DNA of 62,155 bases, filler included, from 5 parts of 5 records of this genome joined end to end with filler, not necessarily neighbours in it, one strand, 5' to 3'. Shown: positions 52,647-62,155, counted from the whole stretch's first letter. Made by a program: numbers and translations. Notes: a model not told the origin generated them from the letters alone.

Positions 52647-53459
52647 ATGACCCATTCCGTCGTCACCTGGAACATCAACTCCGTGCGCCTGCGCCTGCCC
52701 ATGGTGCTCGATTTCCTGGCGCAATATCAGCCCGATGTGCTGATGCTGCAGGAGATCAAATGCACCGATGACCAGTTCCCACGAAACGCTTTCATCGCGG
52801 CCGGCTATCCGCACATGGCCGTGCATGGCCAGAAGGGCTATCACGGCGTTGCCATCGTCTCGAAATTCCCGCTGACAGAGGTCTCCAGCCGCGTCTTCTG
52901 CGAAATCGAGGAGTCGCGCCACGTTTCCGCGCTGGTGGATCTGGGGCATGGTCCCTTCACCCTCCACAATTTCTACATCCCCGCCGGAGGCGACGAGCCC
53001 GACCCCGAGATCAACCCCAAGTTCAAGCACAAGCTGGGGTTTCTCGACGAACTCAAGACCTGGTTTGCCGAGCCCGTTTTCCAGCGCGGCCATCTGATCG
53101 CCGGCGACTTCAACATTGCCCCGCATGAGAACGACGTCTGGAGCCACAAGCAGCTTTTGAAGGTTGTGAGCCACACCCCGATCGAAACCGAAGCACTCGA
53201 CTCCATCCTCAATGGCGGTCATGGCTGGACCGATCTGGTGCGCAAGCATGTGCCCCATGACACCAAGATCTATTCCTGGTGGAGCTATCGCGGCAAGGAT
53301 TGGGAAGCCTCGGACCGCGGCCGGCGGCTCGACCATATCTGGTCCACCGCCGATGTGGCCGAGCGCTCTGTGGGCGCCGAGATCATCAAGCCGGCCCGCG
53401 GCTGGACCGACAAGCCATCCGACCACGTGCCGGTGATCGCGCGTTTCGTGCGGCCCTAA
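52647..53459 (+). CDS. xth: exodeoxyribonuclease III
   Basis: TWNINS, LQEIK, GDFNIAP, RRLDH and SDHVPV motifs. Confidence 0.93.
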   Translation: MTHSVVTWNINSVRLRLPMVLDFLAQYQPDVLMLQEIKCTDDQFPRNAFIAAGYPHMAVHGQKGYHGVAIVSKFPLTEVSSRVFCEIEESRHVSALVDLGHGPFTLHNFYIPAGGDEPDPEINPKFKHKLGFLDELKTWFAEPVFQRGHLIAGDFNIAPHENDVWSHKQLLKVVSHTPIETEALDSILNGGHGWTDLVRKHVPHDTKIYSWWSYRGKDWEASDRGRRLDHIWSTADVAERSVGAEIIKPARGWTDKPSDHVPVIARFVRP

Positions 53460-53914
53460 CCGCCCCTCATCTTGCCCTTGAGCGGCTCGAGCGCATGCAT
53501 ATAGCGCCCCAGCTCCTGCTCGATGCGCTGGGCCGCGCGCTCGGCCAGGTCCGGGCTCTGCCGCGCCAGTTTGAGGAATGCGGTCCGGGGCACGAACAAT
53601 AATTCGCAGTCGGTGACGGCGGTGAAGGTGACCGGGCGGGGCTTTTCCAGAATCAGCGAAGTGGGCGAAATCACGCTGCCCGGTTCTGAGAGCGCATAGG
53701 GCTTGCCGGCCTCGGCGCCTTCATGCCTGGCCTTGACGGTCCCTTCGATCAGCACATAGGCGCCGCTGGGCACATCGCCGGCCTTGTAGATGACCGCATC
53801 GGCATCGAAATGCTTGCGGTCGCCCGCAAAGCCGAGCATGCGCAATTGTTCATCGTCACAGATGTCGAAGAAATCGGCCCGGGCCAAGACCCCAGCCGCG
53901 TCATCCATTCTCAT
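53456..53914 (-). CDS. stand-alone cyclic-nucleotide-binding domain protein
   Basis: VIYKAGD, AYVLIEGTV and RPVTFTAVTDCELL; no HTH. Start uncertain. Confidence 0.8.
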   Translation of the reverse strand: MRMDDAAGVLARADFFDICDDEQLRMLGFAGDRKHFDADAVIYKAGDVPSGAYVLIEGTVKARHEGAEAGKPYALSEPGSVISPTSLILEKPRPVTFTAVTDCELLFVPRTAFLKLARQSPDLAERAAQRIEQELGRYMHALEPLKGKMRGG

Positions 53915-54021
53915 ATGCCCCAGACCCAAAGCGCCAAATTGCGTCGCCCGCTGGCTGCGGGCGACTGTTCCGGCTCAAGCTATAGTCTGGTTCGGGCAGG
54001 AAATGAAAGGCTTTGCGCCGC

Positions 54022-54705
54022 TCAGGGGACGAGACGATAGCCCCCGTCCTCGGTCACCAGAAGCCGCGCATTGGAGGGGTCACGCTCGATCTTCTGCCTC
54101 AGGCGATAGATATGGGTTTCCAGCGTATGGGTGGTCACCCGGTTATTATAGCCCCAGACTTCCTTGAGTAGCACATCGCGCGTGATCGTCTTGGGTCCCT
54201 GCCGATAGAGATACTTCAATATGGAAGTCTCCTTGTCGGTCAGGCGCACCTTGATGCCTTCATTGGTCTCGAGCACCTTGGCCGCCGGCTGGAAGCTGTA
54301 CTGGCCAATGGTAAAGACCGCATCCTCGCTCTGGTCGCGCTGGCGCAGTGCCGCATTGATCCGTGCCAGCAGCACCGGATAGCGGAACGGCTTGGTCAGA
54401 TAATCATTGGCCCCGGCTTCGAGGCCCTTGATCTCATCCGCATCGGTGTCGTGACCGGTCAGCATCAGCACGGGGCTCTTATAGCCCTCCTGACGCATCA
54501 GCCGGACCGCCTCGCGGCCATCCATATCGGGCAGGCCGACATCAAGGATGGTCAACTCGACATTGTGTTCCCGCACCGCCTTGAGCGCGTCATTGGCTGT
54601 TCCGGCCTGGAGAATATCGAAATCAGGCTCGCCCTTGAGTTGTTCAACCAGGGTCTGGCGCAGATCCGCGTCGTCATCTACGACTAGGATGCGTCGCTTG
54701 TTCAT
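54022..54705 (-). CDS. OmpR-family response regulator (CenR/OtpR-like)
   Basis: ILVVDDD, LDVGLPDMDG and KPF receiver motifs; LTDKET and VWGY..VTTHTLETHIYRLRQKIE effector motifs; precedes a cNMP gene. Confidence 0.88.
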   Translation of the reverse strand: MNKRRILVVDDDADLRQTLVEQLKGEPDFDILQAGTANDALKAVREHNVELTILDVGLPDMDGREAVRLMRQEGYKSPVLMLTGHDTDADEIKGLEAGANDYLTKPFRYPVLLARINAALRQRDQSEDAVFTIGQYSFQPAAKVLETNEGIKVRLTDKETSILKYLYRQGPKTITRDVLLKEVWGYNNRVTTHTLETHIYRLRQKIERDPSNARLLVTEDGGYRLVP

Positions 54706-54840
54706 TGTTTTCTCCGGTCTTTTCCGTGTCTGGCCGACCAAGGCCACACTATTGCGACCCGTTTTTGGCCAGCCAATCACATCGGCGTTATTTCACCTCA
54801 AGCAACGCGGTAACCAGACGAAAAGTTGCAGGCGGTGCTG

Positions 54841-55374
54841 TCAGCGCTGTCTGGGAAGGCGGTCAAGGCAATCCGCCAAATGCAGGCGCGAAAGGCCCAG
54901 GGTTTGGCTCAAGCCGTCTATGATTGTGCCCAGCCACGGCTTTGCCGGCAAATGGCGGCCAACAAGAGCCTTCGCATTGCTTGATCGAAGCTGAAGCGCC
55001 ACCGCCCTGGACACACCAAGATCGAAGACGGCCAGGGCATCGGCCAGCTTCAGGCCGTCCGCCAGCGCCGTTTCTGCCAGAATGCCAGAGCGATGATCGT
55101 GCGCGGCAATGGCCGCAAGAGCATCCGGTGGCAATCGGCCTTCGAGCCACTCCGCAGCAGTCGGTCCGTGCAAAGACGGAGTCTCCGCCGTCTCCAGAAT
55201 ATCCAGAATATCCAGATCATGGCAATAGCCGGTGACCTGCCACAACAAGGCATCCTGTCGGATCAAATCGGCAAGCAAGGCCATCAAATCACCCACAAAG
55301 ATGCTGTGGTCGGCAACGGCACTGCTGGCCAGATGCATATCGACCAGTTTCAGTGCCTCGGCGCGGCTCAGCAT
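54841..55374 (-). CDS. HD-domain phosphohydrolase-like protein
   Basis: MLSRAEALKL, DHS, HDLD, HG, IAAHDH and LADAL motifs; starts 2 nt after the yggS stop. Confidence 0.7.
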   Translation of the reverse strand: MLSRAEALKLVDMHLASSAVADHSIFVGDLMALLADLIRQDALLWQVTGYCHDLDILDILETAETPSLHGPTAAEWLEGRLPPDALAAIAAHDHRSGILAETALADGLKLADALAVFDLGVSRAVALQLRSSNAKALVGRHLPAKPWLGTIIDGLSQTLGLSRLHLADCLDRLPRQR

Positions 55375-55376
55375 GT

Positions 55377-56051
55377 TCAGCGCTTGCCGAAAAGGGCCGA
55401 CCCCACCCGCACATGGGTCGCGCCCATGGCGATGGCCGTTTCGAAGTCGCCGCTCATGCCCATGGAAAGCTGCGCGACCCCCGCCGCACGGCCCAGTGTG
55501 GCCAAATATGCGAAATAGGGGCCGGCTGGCTGGCCATCGGGTGGGATGCACATCAGCCCGACAATATCGAGCCCATGCACCTCGCGGCATTGACGGACAA
55601 ACGCCACCGCTTCATCGACCGGCACACCAGCCTTCTGCGCCTCGCCACCAATATTGACCTGCACGAAACACGGCAAATGCCGCTCCGCTCGCGCCATTTC
55701 CGCAGCCAGGGCCGCCGCGATCTTCTCCCGATCCACCGTTTCGATGACGTCGAACAGTGCCACGGCCTCGCGCGCCTTGTTTGATTGCAGCGGCCCGATC
55801 AGATGCAGGGTGAGATCGGCATATTTCTCGCGCAGGCCGGGCCATTTCTCCTTGGCCTCCTGCACCCGGTTCTCCCCGAACACACGCTGACCGGCCGCAA
55901 TATAGGGCTCGACGACCTCAGCCGGGAAGGTCTTGGAAACCGCGACCAGCTCCACCGCCTCAGGCGGGGCACCGAAACGGCGGCGGGCTTTTTCCATGCG
56001 CGTGCGGATGAACTCCAGCCGCGTTGCGGCGCTTTCGGCGCTATTGGCCAT
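55377..56051 (-). CDS. yggS: PLP homeostasis protein YggS
   Basis: LVAVSKT, FGENRVQE, IGPLQSNK, LSMGMS and VRVGSALFG motifs. Confidence 0.95.
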   Translation of the reverse strand: MANSAESAATRLEFIRTRMEKARRRFGAPPEAVELVAVSKTFPAEVVEPYIAAGQRVFGENRVQEAKEKWPGLREKYADLTLHLIGPLQSNKAREAVALFDVIETVDREKIAAALAAEMARAERHLPCFVQVNIGGEAQKAGVPVDEAVAFVRQCREVHGLDIVGLMCIPPDGQPAGPYFAYLATLGRAAGVAQLSMGMSGDFETAIAMGATHVRVGSALFGKR

Positions 56052-56185
56052 GTCCGGGCCCCGTTTCTGTTGACCTTGGAAGGGATTTCTGGTGATGGTC
56101 CGGGTAGCCAAAAACCCTTAAAAACGCAAGCTGTGCCGCCATTTGCGGCGGGCCAGGCGTGAAATCTTGCAAGGACGACCATCAC

Positions 56186-56689
56186 GTGAGCGGCGAACGC
56201 TACAATCCGCGCGAAAGCGAACCGAAATGGCAGAAGGTCTGGGACGAGAACAAGAGTTTCGTCACCGCAAATGACGACCCACGCGACCCCTATTACGTCC
56301 TTGAGATGTTTCCCTACCCCTCGGGCCGCATCCATATGGGCCATGTGCGCAATTACGCCATGGGCGATGTGGTGGCGCGCTATCACCGCGCCCGCGGCAA
56401 GAACGTGCTGCACCCCATGGGCTGGGACGCTTTCGGCCTGCCGGCGGAAAATGCCGCCATCGAGCGCAAGACCCATCCCGGCACCTGGACCTACCAGAAT
56501 ATCGAGGCGATGAAGGCCCAGCTCAAATCCATGGGCCTGTCGATCGACTGGACGCGCGAAATCGCCACCTGCTCGCCCGATTACTACAAGCACCAGCAGG
56601 CCATGTTCATCGACATGCTTCAAGCTGGTCTCGTCACCCGCAAGAGCTCCAAGGTCAATTGGGACCCGGTCGACATGACCGTGCTCGCC
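56186..56689 (+). CDS. leuS: leucyl-tRNA synthetase, 3'-truncated
   Basis: [14 protein letters not shown] and [16 protein letters not shown] motifs. Confidence 0.95.
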
Positions 56690-56789
56690 NNNNNNNNNNN
56701 NNNNNNNNNNNNNNNNNNNNNNNNNNNNNNNNNTTAATTAATTAANNNNNNNNNNNNNNNNNNNNNNNNNNNNNNNNNNNNNNNNNNNN
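56690..56789. other. artificial contig spacer
   Basis: N44-TTAATTAATTAA-N44. Confidence 0.98.
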
Positions 56790-56880
56790 TCCAGCGGGCC
56801 CCGGGCAGGCCGCCGCGCAACAGCGAAAGACTCAATGCCTGTTCGCGCGGGATTTCGAGGGCGGTGAAAATTCTCGGCAT
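56790..56880 (-). CDS. thpR: RNA 2',3'-cyclic phosphodiesterase, 5' fragment (not in the ORF track)
   Basis: MPRIFTALEIPREQALSLSLLRGGLPGARW with a GGGGAG RBS. Confidence 0.8.
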
Positions 56881-56945
56881 GGCGAGCTCCCCGAATCTGC
56901 TAGTCACAGCCTCAGCGAATCACTTAACCAGCCTTGAGGCAAGCG

Positions 56946-57599
56946 TTATTTTGACTGTCCCCCGCTCGATGGCCGGATCGACCGGATGAAGGCCTCGACG
57001 CTTTGGAGCGAGTTTTCGACCATCACTTCCACCCCCGCCGCATTCGGATGCATGCCGTCGGCAAGCTGGTATTGAGCATGGGTGGCGACCCCGTCGAGGA
57101 AGAACGGATAGAGCTGCAGTCCGTATTCGCTGGCGAGTTCGGAATAGATCGGGTTGAAGTCGGCGGCGTAATCGGACCCCATATTGGGCGGCGCCATCAT
57201 GCCCATCAGCATCACCGGAATTTCGCGGTTCTGCAGCCTTTCGACGATCGCCGACAGGTTTTCCGCCGCCTGCTGCGGTGCGAGACCGCGCAGCGCGTCG
57301 TTGGCGCCGAGTTCCAGGATCACGCCATTGGTGCCATCAGGCACCGACCAGTCGAGCCGCGCGAGCCCGCCGCTGGTGGTATCCCCGGAGACGCCGGCAT
57401 TGGTGACCGCGACATCATACCCCGCCTGCCGGAGCGCTGTTTCAAGCCTGGTCGGATAATCCTCGCCGGGCGCGAGTTCGTAACCGGCGACGAGACTGTC
57501 GCCGAGCACGACGATCTCCAGCGGCGTTTCAGCCCGTGCCGGGGCCGCGAAAATCGCCAAACCGGCAAAAACAATCGGCGCTGTCGCTTTTAATCGCAT
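56946..57599 (-). CDS. tesA: arylesterase / GDSL lipase (TesA-like)
   Basis: Signal peptide; LGDSL, NAGVSGDT, ELGAND and DGMHPN motifs. Confidence 0.9.
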   Translation of the reverse strand: MRLKATAPIVFAGLAIFAAPARAETPLEIVVLGDSLVAGYELAPGEDYPTRLETALRQAGYDVAVTNAGVSGDTTSGGLARLDWSVPDGTNGVILELGANDALRGLAPQQAAENLSAIVERLQNREIPVMLMGMMAPPNMGSDYAADFNPIYSELASEYGLQLYPFFLDGVATHAQYQLADGMHPNAAGVEVMVENSLQSVEAFIRSIRPSSGGQSK

Positions 57600-57710
57600 G
57601 TTCGAACTCCTAAATCCAGTTTTCCACCGCAATTCCGGTCCATGCGGGCCGTCGCTGCGTATTCCTCTATGTGTTGAGCCGAGCATCGAATTTCAAAGCG
57701 GGAAACGATT

Positions 57711-58403
57711 TTGTCCGAAAAACTGATTGCACTTGAAGACGCCCACCTGACCCTTGGCAGGGGAACCGCCGCCGTTCATGTGCTGAAGGGCATGTCGCTT
57801 GAAATCGGCAGAGGCGAATCCGTCGGCATTCTGGGCCCGTCCGGCTCCGGCAAATCGACGCTGCTGATGGTGATCGCCGGCCTCGAACGGCTCGACAGCG
57901 GCGAGATCACCATCATCGACACGCCGCTTTCGGGCCTTTCGGAAGATGCGCTTGCCGCCTTCAGGGGCGAGAATGTCGGCATCGTGTTCCAGTCCTTCCA
58001 TCTGATCGCCAACATGACCGCGCTGGAAAACGCCGCGATCCCGCTGGAGCTTGCCGGCAGGCGGGATGCCTTCGAGCGCGCCCGCGCGGCTCTGGAAAGC
58101 GTCGGCCTCGGCCATCGCCTCAGCCACTATCCGGGCCAGCTTTCCGGCGGCGAGCAGCAACGCGTGGCGATTGCCCGCGCGCTGGCCCCCGAACCGGCGG
58201 TGCTGATCGCCGACGAGCCGACCGGCAATCTCGACGGCGATACCGGCGCCCAGATCGCCGACCTTCTGTTTGCCCGCCAGCGCGAGATGGGCACCACGCT
58301 TGTGCTGGTCACCCATGATGCAGCGCTTGCCGCGCGCTGCGACCGGCAGGTCCAGGTTCGTTCCGGCGAAATCGTCGCCCCTGCCGGGCTCGCCGCGCAA
58401 TGA
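57711..58403 (+). CDS. ABC transporter ATP-binding protein (YbbA-like)
   Basis: GPSGSGKST, LSGGEQQR and DEPTGNLD motifs; divergent from tesA. Confidence 0.92.
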   Translation: MSEKLIALEDAHLTLGRGTAAVHVLKGMSLEIGRGESVGILGPSGSGKSTLLMVIAGLERLDSGEITIIDTPLSGLSEDALAAFRGENVGIVFQSFHLIANMTALENAAIPLELAGRRDAFERARAALESVGLGHRLSHYPGQLSGGEQQRVAIARALAPEPAVLIADEPTGNLDGDTGAQIADLLFARQREMGTTLVLVTHDAALAARCDRQVQVRSGEIVAPAGLAAQ

Positions 58404-60949
58404 GGCAGAACCGGCTGAATCTTCTCCTCGCGCTGAAATTCGCGCTGCGCGAAATGCGCGGCGGGCTTTCGGGTTTCTACATCTTCCTCGCCTGCATCGC
58501 ACTCGGCGTGGCCGCGATCGCCGCCGTCAATTCGGTGTCTTCGGCCGTCAATGACGGGATCGCGGAGCGCGGCCGCGAGATCCTGGCCGCCGATATCCGC
58601 TTCGAGCGCGACAACGAACCGCTCGCCGGCGATGCGCTCGCCTGGATCGAGACGCTGGGGCCGATGTCGCAATCGGTGACGATGCGCTCGATGACAAGGC
58701 TTCCCGATGGTTCCGACCAGTCGCTGGCGGAAATCAAGGCTGTCGACGGGGCCTATCCGCTCTACGGCGCAGTGATCTCCGATCCCGCCATGCTCGTCGG
58801 CGCGGCGCTCACTGAGGCCGATGGAAAATACGGCGTTCTGGTTGCCCCGCTTCTGGCCGAACGGCTGGGGCTCGCCCCCGGCGACGGCCTGCTGCTCGGC
58901 AATGTCGAACTGAGGGTGTCGGGCACGCTGGTGCAGGAGCCCGACGCGCTTTCGGAAGGCTTTGCCTTCGCCCCGCGCATCCTGATCAGCCGGCAGGCGC
59001 TCGATGCGTCAGGCCTGATCCAGATCGGCAGCCTTGCCGAATACGGCTACCGCATCCGGCTGGCCGATCCTGCGGTGACGCCGGAGACGGTCAAGACCGA
59101 GGCGGAAGAGAAATTCCCCGATACCGGCTGGCAGATCCGCACCAGCGACCGCGCGGCGCCATCGCTCAGCGAGAATGTCGACCGGCTCTCGGAATTCCTG
59201 ACGCTGGTGGGCCTTGCCACGCTGATCACCGGCGGTGTCGGGATCGCCAATGCGGTCAGCGCCTATCTCGAAAGCCGCAGGCGGGCGATCGCCGCCTTCA
59301 AATGCATGGGCGCGCCGGCCGACATGGTGGTTGCGATCTACTTCCTGCAGATCATGCTGGTGGCGCTGATCGGCATCGCGATCGGTCTGGTTCTCGGCGC
59401 CGTCATTCCGCTGATCGCGCTGCCGCTGCTTGCCTCGCTGCTCGAAATCGCGATCCCCGCCGGCGTCTTTCCCTGGGCCTTGGCGCTCGCGGCGCTGTTC
59501 GGCCTGCTGACCGCGCTGGCCTTCGCGATCCTGCCGCTGGCCGCCGCCCGCAACGTGCCGGCAACGGCGCTTCTGCGCGAGCACAGCTTCGATGAGGGCC
59601 GTCGCCCGGCCTGGCCGTTCCTGGCGGCCACCGGCGTGACGCTCGCGGCCCTTGCCGCGCTTGCGATCTTCACCGCCGAGGAGCGTTTCGTCGCGAGCGT
59701 ATTTCTTGCCTCCATCGCCGGCGCCTTCGTGGTGCTGCGGCTGGTGGCGGTGGCGATCAAATGGGCGGCGGCGAAAGCCCCGCGCCCGCATGCGCCCTCG
59801 CTCCGGCTCGCGATCGGCAATATCCACCGTCCCGGCGCGCTGACGGGCTCGGTCGTGCTGTCGCTGGGCCTCGGCCTCACGCTTCTGGTCGGCCTTGCGT
59901 TGATCGACGGCAATCTCAACCGCGAGCTGTCGCGCTCGCTGCCGGAACGAGCGCCGGATTTCTTCTTCGTCGATATCCAGGGCAGCGAGGTCGATGGCTT
60001 CAAGGCGCTGATCGACGAGGAAGCTCCCGACGGCGAACTGGAACTGGTGCCGATGCTGCGCGGCCGCATCCTGAGCCTGAACGATACCAGGGCAAGCGAA
60101 TGGGACGCGCCCTCCGAAGAGGCCAAATGGGTGCTCAGAGGCGATCGCGGCATCACCTATGACGCCGACCTGCCGGAAAATTCGTCACTTGCCGAGGGCG
60201 AGTGGTGGCCCGAGGATTACAGCGGCGAACCGCTGGTCTCGTTTTCCGCCGAAGAGGGCCGCGAGCTCGGTCTCAAGCTCGGCGATACCGTGACGATCAG
60301 CGTGCTCGGCCGCGATATCACCGCGACGATTGCCAATTTCCGCAATGTCGAATGGGATTCGCTGTCGATCAACTTCGTGATGGTGTTCTCGCCCAACACC
60401 TTTGCCGGCGCACCGCATGCCTGGCTTGCGACCCTCACCGATCCCGGCGCCGACACCGCGAAGAACGCCGACATTCTGGGCGCCGTGACCCGCGCATTCC
60501 CGACGGTCACCACAATCGAGGTGAAAGCGGCCCTGGAGATTGCGGGCGACCTCGTCAGCCAGCTTGCAACCGCGATCCGGGCGGCGGCGGCAATCGCGCT
60601 GGTCGCCTCAGTGCTGGTGCTCTCCGGCGCGCTTGCCGCCGGCAATCGCCGTCGCGGGCATGATGCGGTGGTGATGAAGACGCTGGGTGCGACCCGCCCG
60701 GCGCTGATCCGGGCGTTTGTCTACGAATACCTGTTGCTGGGGCTTGCGACCGGCGTTTTCGCGCTCGCCGCCGGTTCGGCCGCTTCATGGTATGCGCTGA
60801 CGAAGATCATGATGCTGCCCTTCGCGCTGTTGCCGGCCGTGGCGCTCGCCACCGTCCTCGGCGCGGTGATCGTCACCGTCGCCATCGGCCTTGCCGGCAC
60901 CTGGCATCTCCTCGGCCAGAAGCCCGCGCTATACCTGCGCGAGCTTTGA
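58400..60949 (+). CDS. ABC transporter permease (YbbP/FtsX-like)
   Basis: 849 aa with two FtsX-like halves; KAVDGAYPLYG, PDFFFVDIQ and VEWDSLSINF motifs. Confidence 0.9.
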   Translation: MRQNRLNLLLALKFALREMRGGLSGFYIFLACIALGVAAIAAVNSVSSAVNDGIAERGREILAADIRFERDNEPLAGDALAWIETLGPMSQSVTMRSMTRLPDGSDQSLAEIKAVDGAYPLYGAVISDPAMLVGAALTEADGKYGVLVAPLLAERLGLAPGDGLLLGNVELRVSGTLVQEPDALSEGFAFAPRILISRQALDASGLIQIGSLAEYGYRIRLADPAVTPETVKTEAEEKFPDTGWQIRTSDRAAPSLSENVDRLSEFLTLVGLATLITGGVGIANAVSAYLESRRRAIAAFKCMGAPADMVVAIYFLQIMLVALIGIAIGLVLGAVIPLIALPLLASLLEIAIPAGVFPWALALAALFGLLTALAFAILPLAAARNVPATALLREHSFDEGRRPAWPFLAATGVTLAALAALAIFTAEERFVASVFLASIAGAFVVLRLVAVAIKWAAAKAPRPHAPSLRLAIGNIHRPGALTGSVVLSLGLGLTLLVGLALIDGNLNRELSRSLPERAPDFFFVDIQGSEVDGFKALIDEEAPDGELELVPMLRGRILSLNDTRASEWDAPSEEAKWVLRGDRGITYDADLPENSSLAEGEWWPEDYSGEPLVSFSAEEGRELGLKLGDTVTISVLGRDITATIANFRNVEWDSLSINFVMVFSPNTFAGAPHAWLATLTDPGADTAKNADILGAVTRAFPTVTTIEVKAALEIAGDLVSQLATAIRAAAAIALVASVLVLSGALAAGNRRRGHDAVVMKTLGATRPALIRAFVYEYLLLGLATGVFALAAGSAASWYALTKIMMLPFALLPAVALATVLGAVIVTVAIGLAGTWHLLGQKPALYLREL

Positions 60950-60957
60950 GGGCGAGG

Positions 60958-61161
60958 CTATTTGTCGCGGCGCAGCGCGTCCAGCAGTTCGGCGTTGCGG
61001 CGGTCGGCCCAGTAGTTCTGGACCGCGAACAGGGCCCACAATGCAGCAATCGGCCAGCCGATCAGGGTGATCTGCAGGATCAGGCAGATAATCCCGGAAA
61101 ACGGTTTGCCGATCGTGAAAAACGAAAGCCATGGCAGAATGACGGCGATGAAATAGCGCAT
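60958..61161 (-). CDS. YqaE/Pmp3-like small membrane protein
   Basis: MRYFIAVILPW...CLILQITLIGWPIAALWAL, 67 aa, GAGG RBS. Confidence 0.75.
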   Translation of the reverse strand: MRYFIAVILPWLSFFTIGKPFSGIICLILQITLIGWPIAALWALFAVQNYWADRRNAELLDALRRDK

Positions 61162-61309
61162 GAAGACCTCTTTCCCTGCGGCCGGCCCCGAGAGCGGATG
61201 CGCGGCCTTTTCCAGGTGAAATGGTGCTTCCTGTTCCGGTTTTGCAGGGCGCGGGAGGTATTTCTTACGAAAATTTGAGGAATTGCAGACCGAATTCAAA
61301 CGGATATGC

Positions 61310-61338
61310 CTTGTATCGCGTCCCCGTTCCCCTCATAT
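61310..61338 (+). promoter_or_regulatory. RpoH/RpoD-like promoter for the BI-1 gene
   Basis: CTTG-N17-CCTCATAT. Confidence 0.45.
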
Positions 61339-61438
61339 TGACAGCAGGCTTGCTGGAGCCCCCCAGCGGCGCCTGGGCTTTTGCCGTACGGCAATGCCCG
61401 ACACCGTGAACAACGAGGGGCTTTATTAGAGGAACTCA

Positions 61439-62155
61439 ATGGCTGATCTTCGCAACTATCAGAACCGCGCGCAGGCGGGAGCGCAGGCGAGCGCTGAAAT
61501 CGATCAGGGACTGCGCACCTACATGCTGCGCGTCTACAATCTCATGGCGCTTGGTCTTGTGATCACCGGCATCGCGGCCTACGGAGTTTTCACTGCTGCG
61601 GTTGCCGGCGATGCCGGTGGCCAGATGCAGCTCACCCAGTTCGGTCAGGTCATGTACGCCTCGCCGCTGAAGTGGCTCGTCATGTTCGCGCCGCTGATCG
61701 CCTTCTTCTTCCTGGCGTTCCGGATCAACAAGATGAGCGTCGCCGCCGCGCAGACAGCGTTCTGGGTCTACGCCGCGCTGACGGGCATTTCGCTGTCGAC
61801 GATCTTCCTGGTTTATACCGGACAGAGCGTCGTCCAGACCTTCTTCATCACCGCCGCTTCCTTCGGCGCGCTGTCGCTTTACGGCTACACCACCAAGCGC
61901 GACCTGTCGGCGATGGGTTCTTTCATGGTGATCGGCCTGTTCGGCGTGATCATCGCCATGGTGGTCAACATCTTCCTGCAGTCGAGCGCGCTCGGCTTCG
62001 CGATCTCGGTTCTCGGCGTTCTGATCTTCGCCGGCCTGACCGCGTGGGACACGCAGAAGATCAAGGAAATGTACTATGAAGGCGATGGCCATGAAGTGGC
62101 CGGCCGCAAGGCTGTGATGGGCGCGCTGACGCTCTACCTCGACTTCATCAACATG
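61439..62155 (+). CDS. Bax inhibitor-1/YccA family membrane protein, 3'-truncated (not in the ORF track)
   Basis: MADLRNYQ, IDQGLRTYMLRVYNLM, YGYTTKRDLS, WDTQKIK and ALTLYLDFINM motifs; GAGG RBS. Confidence 0.92.
   Translation, partial: MADLRNYQNRAQAGAQASAEIDQGLRTYMLRVYNLMALGLVITGIAAYGVFTAAVAGDAGGQMQLTQFGQVMYASPLKWLVMFAPLIAFFFLAFRINKMSVAAAQTAFWVYAALTGISLSTIFLVYTGQSVVQTFFITAASFGALSLYGYTTKRDLSAMGSFMVIGLFGVIIAMVVNIFLQSSALGFAISVLGVLIFAGLTAWDTQKIKEMYYEGDGHEVAGRKAVMGALTLYLDFINM

Noticed and set aside
56946..60949. tesA-ybbAP as a new system
   Set aside because: It is a widespread, already described divergent module.
61436..62092. ORF-track calls 61436-62092 (-) and 61672-62079 (+)
   Set aside because: Both are shadows of the true BI-1/YccA frame, which starts at 61439 and runs off the window.

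Overview
This window is not one genome. It is five unrelated contigs joined by four identical 100-bp artificial spacers (N44-TTAATTAATTAA-N44) at 17558-17657, 40935-41034, 48117-48216 and 56690-56789. (1) 1-17557 is Flavobacteriaceae-like housekeeping DNA: a partial tRNA-Ala, USP, GNAT, MATE, enoyl-CoA hydratase, lpxH, MFS, recJ, OsmC, AhpD-like, UDG, rsmI, tdk, alr, mscL, asd and prolyl oligopeptidase. It carries two small accessory inserts: a RelE-type toxin-antitoxin pair with a perfect 28-bp palindrome and an unannotated 30-aa membrane ORF upstream, and a nonsense-disrupted four-helix-bundle gene flanked by inverted hexamer arrays. (2) 17658-40934 is Rhizobiales-like: metH with a SahR-type palindrome, AGE epimerase, argC, DODA dioxygenase, ctaA, holC, pepA, PAP2, lptFGD-surA-pdxA-rsmA, gmk, yicC, mltG, fabF and acpP. 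(3) 41035-48116 is a GC-rich eukaryotic contig with one 7-exon gene that the ORF track fragments. Spliced by hand it encodes 1767 aa with EF-hands, TPR, a FAM227/FWWh-like domain and about 13 MORN repeats, and it is followed by a 13-bp minisatellite. (4) 48217-56689 is alphaproteobacterial (Devosia-like by impression): leuC, rimM-trmD-rplS, xth, cNMP-binding protein, CenR/OtpR-like regulator, HD protein, yggS and leuS. (5) 56790-62155 is Rhizobiales-like: thpR, tesA-ybbAP, YqaE/Pmp3 and a BI-1/YccA gene with a structured leader. I found no CRISPR array, rRNA, transposase or prophage, and no large novel system is evident. The best leads are the eukaryotic multidomain gene, the four-helix-bundle cassette, the TA locus with its small ORF, two orphan genes with EcfG-type promoters, and two structured 5' leaders. 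Taxonomic and family calls come from recognition, not from database searches.
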